Assembly: GCA_046563655.1 (NCBI GenBank)
Contig: CM102283.1
Span: 9,920,001 to 9,984,000 of the forward strand
DNA: 64,000 nt
Direction of reading: 5' to 3'
From: Yuukianura sp. NJ FZ-2021
Taxonomy: Eukaryota
The notes under the pieces are model-generated. The model did no database searches. It saw only the letters and a list, made by a program, of their open reading frames with translations, and was not told where the DNA came from. A program made the position numbers and the translations under genes. This document shows, one piece after another, positions 1 to 40,300 of this stretch. The stretch's first letter is position 1, and each line of letters opens with the position of its first letter.

Positions 1-876
1 AAACTAACTTTCTAGTTCACTTTTACCTAAAAACCACTACTTTTAAATGGAACTTTAAACTAAGGAACATGAGAAATGGACCTCATGTCCTTATGCCTCC
101 ACGTTCCCTCCCTCAAATTCACTACGCTAAACCTACAACCTTCCCCGCTTCTTCAAGAAAAATGAACAAAAGGTATGGCGCTTATCTTCAACTTTTTACA
201 AAAAAAGAAGAAACTTCTTCCAAAAAAAAGTGCTCCTACAACTTTCCGTTTTCCCTAAAATTTTGAGAAAAGTTGGAGGCCAAAAGAGATAGGAAGAACC
301 AGGAACAGTACTTTCTACAAAAACTTTTTTCCCTACTTTCACCGCAAATATGACTCGGAGGGATTTTGAACAAGAAATTTTTTGGAAGGATTTTGAAAGT
401 TCTTCTTACTGAACCACATAAATACTTTGGAAATATCAAAGTTTCATTCTTCACTTTCATATCTTCCTACCGTAGTCTTGTCTCTTTTGGCTTTCTGCTG
501 GAAAACAAATCCCAAAAAAGGAACTTTGTCCAAGTTTTCACATCCTCCGAACAAAACAATATCTCAGGTTTGGAAAAGGTTCCCATACTTTTACAAAGGA
601 ACTTCCACAGAATCTACACTGTACAAGTGTCTATTGTCTCTGTACAATCTCCTGTTAACTTTCATCTGGAGAAAGGAGAAGTTAGGGGATCATAACTCAG
701 TTGCGAGCGGCATAATCAGCCTCCTTTCGCCATAAAATTTAATAACTATGAATGTGAGATCTCGGGAACTTTTTCCACTTTTCCTCCTCATTTCTCATTA
801 ATTTGAATCAACTCTGGATTATCTCCCAAAAGTTGCGTGGTTGTTGGTGGAGAAAGTTTGTTGAATGTAAAAGTTA

Positions 877-27095
<26,219 letters not shown>

Positions 27096-28272
27096 CTTGA
27101 GTCCACCGAGCAGCTCAATCTTGGCGGCTCAAGGGTACTGCAGAGGGGACTTGAACTGTATCACAGAGTTAGGCCAATGTCAGTCGCAGTCACTGGGCAA
27201 CTGCCTCCTCACTCATCCGTCCTCTCCTCTAACTGAAGTGGCTTAATTTCACTCTGAATAGTGGAGCTAAACACTCCAAACGTCTTAACGATTAGATTAG
27301 GTGCAATTATTTGGCTGGCACTTTGTGAGAAATGGTTTCGTCAGTTTGTTGACGTCGTATACTTCTGTTGTATCCTCTGGTTCTGGTTTGTTCCTCAAAA
27401 GAGTCCCGGGTTTCGAGAGTCCATAAATAAAACGCGGATGGGCAATGTATCAAAACTAAGTAGTGGATGAGGCAGTGAGTGGCTTCAGTTCCTCACCGCC
27501 AAAACCAAGCAGAAGAGTCACTTGAACGATGAAACGAAAGTTGAGTCAAAAAAGAAAAAAGTTCCAGCGGCGGCCTGGGTCACGTTGGATTGTTGTTCTC
27601 CTGTCGCTTTTGATGATGGTAAAATATGTGGCTGGTGGTGTTCGGCTCTGGTTTCGTCCGTTCCCGTTCTTGTGTCACGCGTCGCTGGAACTAAAGGATG
27701 TTGAAAACACAAGATAAAGTCGGAGACTACTTGGAGGCGGATGAAACTTTGTGTCTAACTTGGGTAAAAGTTCGTTCGGGGGAGTTGAGCTTTCTCGGGT
27801 CCAACTTTGTGTACAGAATCGGATATCCTGCCTTTCACTGCCAGTGTAGCTGTCGGGTTGATCCGTAAGTTAATAGCACTTCTCCGCTCCTGTCCCTCTT
27901 ATAGCAAGTCGAACAAGGGAACTTTCTCGGAAATCGGCTCTCACGATCCAGACCGAGAAAGTGACGAGTGCGCAGGCAGCACCAGATCTGAAACCAACAA
28001 AACAAAATATAACCAGGTGACTCCAGTCGCTCAAACACTCCACTAAACAGACACTGACTCTCTCTTCTAATTTCCAATTTACACTTATTCTAATTGACCC
28101 AGTACTTATTCACATTACTCCAATCAGTTGTAGCACTAACTTCCATATATACAAAGTAATTGAGCATCCCAACTGATTAGTACTTCAACTTACGTTACTT
28201 CAACCGGTTCGTCTCTACTCTGGATTCCTGGAAGTCAACTTGCCGGTATGTCTCTCTCTGAATTATAAGTTA

Positions 28273-28293
28273 TATCGATAATCGATATCGATA
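28273..28293. promoter_or_regulatory. Tandem DRE-like elements (TATCGATA), candidate exd promoter region
   Basis: TATCGATA at 28273-28280 and 28286-28293 plus ATCGATA at 28281, about 1.2 kb upstream of the exd ATG. DRE is a known Drosophila promoter element. Confidence 0.4.
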
Positions 28294-31200
28294 AGTCGTC
28301 GTTGTCCAACAGATCATTCGACACCAATTAATTAGATCAAGACGATTGACGGAGATGATCAGAAACACTGGAGAACCAACTTAGTTCACTGGAGAGGACA
28401 GGAGAGACAAAGAACGAAACACCTTTATCCGTTGTCTCCTTTAAAATTCAAATTCCCGCATTTCCCTCCTTTTATGTCTCAACAATAGAAAGTTAAACTA
28501 TGGAGGCAAAAGTGATCCACGTTAAAAACTACTATTTTTTTTTTTAAAAAACGAAAAAGTGATTGACACGACACAACAACTTTGGTCAACTATTGCGACT
28601 GTCCTCTATGCAGAAGATAGTCCACTTGACTGGGCCTTATCTTGGATTGGAAATAAATAAATAGAGGGGCATTTAAAGTTGTAATCTCCTTAACACCACG
28701 ATTATCTCGCACTAGGATCAAGTGACAGTTTTTGAATTGTCTCGTGTGAGTTGTGCACTTCCCTGCTCAATCCTCTACTGTTCATGTATCCAAAAATCCA
28801 CGAGAACACTCTGAGTTAAGTTGGTTTTGAAAAGACGAGGGATTGAAAGTATACAAATGTTAGAAAGTAGGCTGTTTAGGCATATGCTATGCCTCTTTAG
28901 AGAGCCATTCCAAAGTACGAAACTGCCAAGGGGTCGACCACAACGATGTATTTCATAGCAGCAGGAACATGCCGGGCACAAACCATTCTTCCAACCCTCA
29001 TCTACAAACCATCCCAGAGATCCAAGCATCTTCCACCCCTGCTCTAACCCTCTCCATCTCCCGTAACCAAGCAACGTCATCTCACAACGTCCACTTTTAC
29101 CTGCATCTCCACACTCCCTCCAGCAATCTTCCACTCTTCACGACTTGACGTTTCCCAAATTCCAATCGCTACAACATTTCCTACCTTACTTTACAACATC
29201 AGTTCAAAATTTACAATTTTAGCAATCCTTATTCAAATCCACCATATCATTCAATGCATTTTGTCGCTTTTGAATTTAGAAAAAGGTGCTGGGAGAAATG
29301 CACAACTCGTTCACAGGAAATTTAGTTCGCAGACAATTTGCAATTGCGAGAAATGAGAAATTTTTGCATCCCTTCGATCCATCCAATTGTTGACAAAAAT
29401 TGAAACCAATAATTTTCGATACAGTGCTTTTCCTCCATATTTTTTTCTCTTGACCTTCCGAATCGCAATTTTTTTTTCAAAGTCAAGCGTCTCTGGTAGC
29501 TTAAAAGACTACAAAATGATGGAAAGATTCTCATATGAATTGGCGGGAAGATTTGAATTTTGAAAAGGCTTTCTGCATCTAAACGCATGAGTTTCGACCA
29601 ACTTGTGAGATCCATTGGAGTTGGAATTTTTGCGAAATACTTTCCCCTGCTTTCTCCATTGACTGGGGAGGGGGATGATGGATAGTAAGTTTGTGCAGTA
29701 GGCTAACAGTGGGCACATGACAAGGTCTGTGTTGCAACTAACCTATGTTTCGTATAAGGTGGGATTATAACAGGGAGTAGGATGTGGTGGACTATAGCCA
29801 TCTTCTTTTACAAAGTTTCCCTCCCCTTGAGACATTTCTGTAATGGCGCTTGGGTGGGTCTGGCTCTGTGGATGTTCAAATGACTCCAGAGCCACTCCCA
29901 CTCTGCCCTCTCCCGAGTCGACGCCATGCCATCCAAATACCGCTACTTTTTCAAACTGAGCCCCGCCATCCCACTCCCCACTTATCTCCCACTGCCTCTT
30001 CAGCAAAGATCAAATCACCAACACTTTCACATCACTTTCTCCAAAGAACCACTTTTCTCATGCACAAATCCACCACTTCATTCCCAAAGAAGGCTCTGTT
30101 GGGCCGCCATAGGGCCACCAAAGTGACAAGGGACTCTGTCCACTCTAATCCCATTAAAACCAAAACTACAAAAGGAAGAGTCTTCAAGTGACCGGGGCCC
30201 TTTGCCTTGAGAAACTGCCGAACCTTGACGCTTGAGCCAAATCCCGGCTACAACGACCCCCAACTTCCTTCATTCCATTAAGGGCCCCTTAAAACCCTCA
30301 CTTAAAGCCCTTTGCTCGCAATCTTAGGAAAATTCGAAACACGAAGAAACTTTGTTGGTTAAGGGAGTCACAGAACCCCTTTCGAAGTCATTCCGAACAA
30401 AAGACTTCTTTCAGCGGTACAACAACTCTATCCCAAAATAGATAAAGCGTAGAAAATTCAATTGAAATTATACGATTTTCAAAAGGATTTTTCAAAAAAT
30501 CAGAAAAAGATTTTAAAATTTCAACATTCGACCCTAAAGTAAGGAGGTTTACAACCGTTGTAAAATCTGCTACGCCCACAAATTGAAAAATCCCACTTGT
30601 CGCCAATATTTGTTTTGAGGAATTTGTTTTGGATGCTGCTGGAGTTTAAATTTAAGCGCATGAGTGGAGAGTAACTGGAGAATTCTTAATCAAGATCTCA
30701 AGTCATTTCGCATAATTGAGCCCCCTGCACCCTTAAGTCACTCCACTATTTTGATTTCCTTTCAAGTGTTTCTGCACCACAGTCACCATAATTTCACAAT
30801 CATAATTCACTTGGACCACTCCAGGGCCGTATCCCTCATTTCACAAACATTCCAATTGAGCACAAAAGAGAAAAGTATTGAGACGGTCCTGGTGGTTCGT
30901 GTGACAACTTTGTCCACTGACACACCCTGCCGCCAAGCACAGCGAGTGGTCGGCAGAATAAAGCAATCAAGCAGAGCAAGGACAAGAAGAGAGAAAGCAG
31001 TTGATTTTGGTCATTTTGACCCACACACCATAAATTACTTTTCATCTGACATGGTTTTACTTTCACCCACTCCAGCTCCAAATTTAACAAAAGGTAGGAA
31101 CATATTACCCTCCTCTTAATTTCCATGTTACTCTGCTCCCACTTTAAGACTTTCTACAATTTACGACCAGTGCACTCTTTATTGAGCAGTGGCATGAAAC

Positions 31201-33297
31201 ACAGTCCAAATAAAAACTACTTTCTCCACTCTCCAAAATATGCAAATCACAAAATAAAACCACAACTAACAACTTCCCACTCCTCCAACATCAAAAACTC
31301 AAAATACTTTCTGAAATTCTGGGAATTTGAGAAACTAAATCCGAAGTCCAAATTGGACACTGAGCGTATGTTGGTTTTTTGAAAAGAAAAGTTGTAAAAG
31401 CATAAATTTGTGGATGTAGAAACATTTACTGGTTGGAATTGGACTCCAGACACCCATTTCAAATTATCTCTTTACTTTCTCCCACGCCATCCTCCTTTGT
31501 CATTCTCTCTCCTCCAACTTCATTCACAAAACCACTTCAAACAAGGAGAAAGCGAAAGCGATGGAGAAAGTTAAAAATCAAAATCAAGATCAGAACAAGA
31601 TCTTTGGAGACTTTTGATAGCATTTGCATACAAGGGAATGCAAACACTTAAACCTCTTGCACAAAGTGTATGTTTTGAGGGTGTGTCCATTTAGCTACCA
31701 CTTGTCAGCTTAAAAAACCAAAAGTTTTACTTACGGAGAGTGGGAGCAGAGTGGACGTCTCAATCGGAGTGTCAATCCCTGCAGTTGAACATCTCTTTGG
31801 AATTTGGCATAAAAGTGATGTTGATTGTTGCGTTGATGAGCAATAAATTGGAGAAGCAGGAGGAAGCTCCTCTCAAGTTTCTTGACACCCTGCGATGCCA
31901 TGGGGAAATTATGAAAAGGAATTAAAAGTTGGATTCCATGAACTCACCTCGTCCTGCGGCACTCGCTTTTCTTGACAACATTAAACTGAGATCTGCTCAT
32001 TGATTATCCCAATCAAGTTCTGAGTTCCACCCAGCATCCTTCGAGCCACCCAAGGCAAGGCGAGAGAGCTCAATGACAGGCGACCTAGGGGGCATTTTTA
32101 CCAACTTTTTACAACCTCCAAACACGCTCAAATGACAAGTTCCAATAATGTTTCTCAGCTTACAGCTCACACGAGACTCCAATCACATTCAACTCCAATC
32201 CAAATCCGGTTTCACCTGACAAAAAAATGGGGAAAAATTGTGATCATTGATAGTTTCAATTCCCAATGAAACATTTCCACTCCAAATCATTGGATGATAT
32301 CATTTACATCCCGTTTAAAAATTAGCTAAAGTTTGGCTAGTCTCTTACCTTGATCTTTGTGTGGTTTGTAAGATCGCATTCCAACCAAGATTTTGAAAGC
32401 GGTCGATGGCAAATCCTTCTTCCAAAGTCTGTCCCTGCGTCAAACCAAAAAATTAGAAAAGGTGGATTTGGAAGATAAGTTTTTATTGAAATTAGGCTTA
32501 CATTCTCTTCTGTTTTTGAAATGGAGATGGTGGTGGAGCGGAGGAGGAAGGCGCTGCAGGTTGTCATAGCGGAGACAAAATTAATCAAGATGAGTTGAGG
32601 TTGGATTGCAGAAGAGAGAAACTGGAGAAAGATTAATTGGAGTCTGTCTCCAGTTGAGCCAAGATGAAGATATTAAAAGTTTACCTTTCCCTCGTCTCCC
32701 TCACTCCCAGTCACAATTATTCCGAAGTTGATCTCTCCAGCCACACATTCCAGAGGCTGTCTTTGTCCAGAGATGCTGGATGATGAATTCCTCTGGAGTG
32801 GCCGAGACAAGGAACCTATTAAAAATTCCTCAGAATGCACTTTTTCAATTTGAATTTAATATTTGGACTCACTTGAAGTTGGTGCTTTCCTTGGAATTTC
32901 GGCGGGAGTGGAATGGTTGTTTGTCGGGTAGTAATTAGCGATTTAGTTAATGAGAAAAGCCTCCTGCCTCATCCCATAAATAAGGCTCCCCTCCACGCGT
33001 CTCCAGGGAATTCTCCAGAACTGAGTCGATTTCATGGAATGCTCCGCTGCTTCCTCATTGTCCAGTCCTCGTCTGTCCAGAGTCGTCTCCTGTTCTCACA
33101 CAAGCAGAATCTACGCATGCCAAATGAAGCATTGGAAATGCCAAAATGACTACGTGCCAACCTGGTCAGGAGAGAAACAGATGGAATTAAACACCTTGAA
33201 AAGAGTAAGTGAGTGGATAATTGTTGGCTTTATTCACTGCTACCTACTAACATTCTTTTACTTTCACACAACTCATGCGTATTGCCCAAGTAAGTTT

Positions 33298-34826
<1,529 letters not shown>

Positions 34827-35152
34827 TTTTACTGCTTGCAGGAGTCCTCAAAGTTGATCAGTTGATGTCCAGTGACACTTACAAGCTGGAATTGTTAGTA
34901 CCTAAACGCAGTTACAAATTTCAAATTATTAGGAATGCGGGGAAAGTGAGACAATTCGACTACATCTCTGTCTTTTCCTATCAGTATGACATTGAACTAA
35001 GCAAATAACAAGTGCACGCACTTCAATATGATGAGATGCAAATGTTTTCGCGTCAACTGTCATAAATTTATTGTCTCGGATGTACCTTTTGTTAGCTTTG
35101 TGATAAATAATCAAGAATTTGGATTGTCTTCATACTGGCTAGTATGTCCATA

Positions 35153-37040
35153 TCACAGAATAACTTTGGCAGTTCCACCCACTCGATCTTGGCACACTTC
35201 AATGGTAGAAATGACAAGGTTCAGTCTTCGATCCATGGCAGTCAAATGGGCTGGGGTGAGGAGAGGATAGAGGGGGTCAGTCAGGGTCAAAGCATCAAAC
35301 GACTTCCCCAGTACTCCTCGAAATCTTCGCAGGACGCTGTACAACTCCTGACGAATTCTGAACAACACCAATTCAACTTAGAATCATTATTACTCTAATA
35401 TGTTGAATTGAATTGAATGCCTTACATGCAGCATTGGTAAAGTGGTGCCAGAATATCATAGTAGTCTTCTCCCGCATCTCCGAAGCTTTTTCCATTGTCG
35501 AGTAAGGCAAATGTTTGTACATGACCAGAGATAGCTACTTCCTGCTCAAACAGATCCAAATGGTGTCTGTCTGCATTTCCAATAAGGAAATCAAAAACGG
35601 AAATGGCCACGATCTCCAAAATAAGCTGCAAAAGCCCATAAACTTAGTTTCCACTTGCACTTGAACTAATTCAAATCACCTTTTTTCGTTGTGGTGCTGG
35701 AAGTTCTCTGAAAACGTTGTGACAGAATGAAGAGTTGCGTTCCCAGTCAGCAAATTGATTCTTCTTGTAAGTTCTTCTCCAAGGACTTGGAAAAAGTTTG
35801 AGTTTATGTTTGATGAGCATAACAACAGCTCCTTCCAACATTCCTTGTTTGGAGCATACTGGATCAGTTGCTTTGCAGTAGTAACACACTCCGTAGAAAC
35901 AATATTCACCATCTACATAAAACAAAAAGAAAGTTAAAGACTCCATTTGAAAGCAGCAAGCAACAATGACATGCCTGAGTTTTGATAGAAAGTAGAATTC
36001 AACTGAGGAGTGGAAAAGGGAGCAACATCCTTGGCCAGATCCAGTTTTCTTCCGACGACAATCGGCCCACTTCTGTAGCCGAGAAGGTGGGCGAGGTAAA
36101 AGGAGGCAATCTCACCGTAGTGCCTGTCTTTTCCACCGTAGGGGTCACCACGCAGCTTAACGTCACGGGCATACCAACTTGGCTGTCGGTTGAAACGAAA
36201 CAATGAAACAAGCGGGCAGTAGGAAAGTATTGATTGATTCCTTACCTTGAATAGACCTAATTTTCCACCTTCAAATGCCAGTTCAAGTTTAAGTTGAGTT
36301 CCCTTGCGAGATGTAGATACTTGTTGAATTTTGACATTTCTTAGGAATCGTAACATGTCCTCCATGCCTCCATCTCTTAGAAAATCTGTAGCAGGCCACT
36401 GAAATATGAACAAGGCACTTCATAATCTCCGGTGGAAATTGATGTCTTATCTATGTGGTTGGAAACTTAACACTTACGTCTTCAATGCTTTTCCACATTT
36501 GAGTAGAGTCAAAGGTTGTTGTGGACTTCTTGTCCGAACTATCTCGGTATCCAACTCCGAAAGCCCGTCGAAGTCTTCGATCAAATGGGCCGATCTTATT
36601 ACTTGTTGGTGAGGTCAAGGCTAAAGTATTGTCATACTCCAATTTGGCCAAAAGTTCTGCCTCCAGCGACTGCCAGTACTCGGTTGAAAGGTTGAGATCG
36701 TTTGGAATCAGCAGCAAGTATTGGCCGTCTTGTTCATACATCTATTACACAAATAAAAATCATTCAAATCCACTTTCTGTTTCACAAAAGGAAGGATAGA
36801 AAAGTTATCGTATGTACTTACCCTGAATCTGACACTTGATACGTCCCCATCATTGCGTGAATCGTCGTGAGATCGGTGGTGTTTGAAAAAGTCCGACTGA
36901 ATAGCTCTTGTATTCCTTAGCTCAAGTAGACGGTCATCCAACTTCGATTTCCAGAAGATGAGGAGCGTGTAGAGATTCATTGTGATCATAACGGAGGCCA
37001 GGATCACGAGACACACCGTAATGCTTTGTCGTGTCACCAT
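35153..37040 (-). CDS. FAM20B: FAM20-family Golgi kinase, FAM20B-like glycosaminoglycan xylosylkinase
   Basis: Seven exons: 37040-36822, 36741-36478, 36398-36246, 36182-35975, 35912-35680, 35625-35426, 35357-35153. N-terminal signal anchor; motifs KGTQLKL, DRHYGEIASF, CFYGVCYYC, FDFLIGNADRHH, LDNGKSFG, ILAPLYQCC, MDRRL. The B versus C subfamily call rests on CFYGxCYYC and needs a tree. Confidence 0.88.
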
Positions 37041-37389
37041 CTTCAGTTATCGGTCTATCGGATTTAAGAACCTATACACGAATCTACCTTTGTTCTTGGC
37101 TACGAAAGAGATGCATGTTCATGTCAGCAGTACATTACCTTTGTCAGTTAGAAGAACAATCGTCTGCTGCAGCTTCCACTTTCGTTGTAAATACGGGAAT
37201 ACTTGACCATTATAAATTAATTAATTAACTAATTAGTAGTTAATTTACATAGTCAGTATCTATTATTTTAGATCAACTTCTCCTGTGTCCTCCCTCCTCC
37301 CTCCGTCTCTGCTTTTGTTTTGATTTCGGCTTTTGAATTTTGAAAAGAGTTTCCGCACTTTTGTCTCAACCTCAACCGCAACACTATAG

Positions 37390-40300
37390 TTGTAGAGTTT
37401 CGAAGAAAAATATGATTGTATACCTTAGGAAGGGTTCCTCAGTAAGTTGTAGATTTTAGAAGAAAAATATTATCTAGTCTATACTTTAAAGGAAAGGGAC
37501 CTCAGTAATTTGTAGATTTTAGAAGAAAAATATTCTCTAGTTTCTAACTTTAAAGGAAAGGGACCTCAGTAATTTGTAGATTTAAAAAGAAAAATATTAT
37601 CTAGTTTCTAACTTTAAAGGAAAGGGACCTCAGTAATTTGTAGATTTAAAAAGAAAAATATTATCTAGTTTCTAACTTTAAAGGAAAGGGACCTCAGTAA
37701 TTTGTAGATTTAAAAAGAAAAATATTATCTAGTTTCTAACTTTAAAGGAAAGGGACCTCAGTAATTTGTAGATTTAAAAAGAAAAATATTATCTAGTTTC
37801 TAACTTTAAAGGAAAGGGACCTCAGTAATTTGTAGATTTAAAAAGAAAAATATTATCTAGTTTCTAACTTTAAAGGAAAGGGACCTCAGTAATTTGTAGA
37901 TTTAAAAAGAAAAATATTATCTAGTTTCTAACTTTAAAGGAAAGGGACCTCAGTAATTTGTAGATTTAAAAAGAAAAATATTATCTAGTTTCTAACTTTA
38001 AAGGAAAGGGACCTCAGTAATTTGTAGATTTAAAAAGAAAAATATTATCTAGTTTCTAACTTTAAAGGAAAGGGACCTCAGTAATTTGTAGATTTAAAAA
38101 GAAAAATATTATCTAGTTTCTAACTTTAAAGGAAAGGGACCTCAGTAATTTGTAGATTTAAAAAGAAAAATATTATCTAGTTTCTAACTTTAAAGGAAAG
38201 GGACCTCAGTAATTTGTAGATTTAAAAAGAAAAATATTATCTAGTTTCTAACTTTAAAGGAAAGGGACCTCAGTAATTTGTAGATTTAAAAAGAAAAATA
38301 TTATCTAGTTTCTAACTTTAAAGGAAAGGGACCTCAGTAATTTGTAGATTTAAAAAGAAAAATATTATCTAGTTTCTAACTTTAAAGGAAAGGGACCTCA
38401 GTAATTTGTAGATTTAAAAAGAAAAATATTATCTAGTTTCTAACTTTAAAGGAAAGGGACCTCAGTAATTTGTAGATTTAAAAAGAAAAATATTATCTAG
38501 TTTCTAACTTTAAAGGAAAGGGACCTCAGTAATTTGTAGATTTAAAAAGAAAAATATTATCTAGTTTCTAACTTTAAAGGAAAGGGACCTCAGTAATTTG
38601 TAGATTTAAAAAGAAAAATATTATCTAGTTTCTAACTTTAAAGGAAAGGGACCTCAGTAATTTGTAGATTTAAAAAGAAAAATATTATCTAGTTTCTAAC
38701 TTTAAAGGAAAGGGACCTCAGTAATTTGTAGATTTAAAAAGAAAAATATTATCTAGTTTCTAACTTTAAAGGAAAGGGACCTCAGTAATTTGTAGATTTA
38801 AAAAGAAAAATATTATCTAGTTTCTAACTTTAAAGGAAAGGGACCTCAGTAATTTGTAGATTTAAAAAGAAAAATATTATCTAGTTTCTAACTTTAAAGG
38901 AAAGGGACCTCAGTAATTTGTAGATTTAAAAAGAAAAATATTATCTAGTTTCTAACTTTAAAGGAAAGGGACCTCAGTAATTTGTAGATTTAAAAAGAAA
39001 AATATTATCTAGTTTCTAACTTTAAAGGAAAGGGACCTCAGTAATTTGTAGATTTAAAAAGAAAAATATTATCTAGTTTCTAACTTTAAAGGAAAGGGAC
39101 CTCAGTAATTTGTAGATTTAAAAAGAAAAATATTATCTAGTTTCTAACTTTAAAGGAAAGGGACCTCAGTAATTTGTAGATTTAAAAAGAAAAATATTAT
39201 CTAGTTTCTAACTTTAAAGGAAAGGGACCTCAGTAATTTGTAGATTTAAAAAGAAAAATATTATCTAGTTTCTAACTTTAAAGGAAAGGGACCTCAGTAA
39301 TTTGTAGATTTAAAAAGAAAAATATTATCTAGTTTCTAACTTTAAAGGAAAGGGACCTCAGTAATTTGTAGATTTAAAAAGAAAAATATTATCTAGTTTC
39401 TAACTTTAAAGGAAAGGGACCTCAGTAATTTGTAGATTTAAAAAGAAAAATATTATCTAGTTTCTAACTTTAAAGGAAAGGGACCTCAGTAATTTGTAGA
39501 TTTAAAAAGAAAAATATTATCTAGTTTCTAACTTTAAAGGAAAGGGACCTCAGTAATTTGTAGATTTAAAAAGAAAAATATTATCTAGTTTCTAACTTTA
39601 AAGGAAAGGGACCTCAGTAATTTGTAGATTTAAAAAGAAAAATATTATCTAGTTTCTAACTTTAAAGGAAAGGGACCTCAGTAATTTGTAGATTTAAAAA
39701 GAAAAATATTATCTAGTTTCTAACTTTAAAGGAAAGGGACCTCAGTAATTTGTAGATTTAAAAAGAAAAATATTATCTAGTTTCTAACTTTAAAGGAAAG
39801 GGACCTCAGTAATTTGTAGATTTAAAAAGAAAAATATTATCTAGTTTCTAACTTTAAAGGAAAGGGACCTCAGTAATTTGTAGATTTAAAAAGAAAAATA
39901 TTATCTAGTTTCTAACTTTAAAGGAAAGGGACCTCAGTAATTTGTAGATTTAAAAAGAAAAATATTATCTAGTTTCTAACTTTAAAGGAAAGGGACCTCA
40001 GTAATTTGTAGATTTAAAAAGAAAAATATTATCTAGTTTCTAACTTTAAAGGAAAGGGACCTCAGTAATTTGTAGATTTAAAAAGAAAAATATTATCTAG
40101 TTTCTAACTTTAAAGGAAAGGGACCTCAGTAATTTGTAGATTTAAAAAGAAAAATATTATCTAGTTTCTAACTTTAAAGGAAAGGGACCTCAGTAATTTG
40201 TAGATTTAAAAAGAAAAATATTATCTAGTTTCTAACTTTAAAGGAAAGGGACCTCAGTAATTTGTAGATTTAAAAAGAAAAATATTATCTAGTTTCTAAC

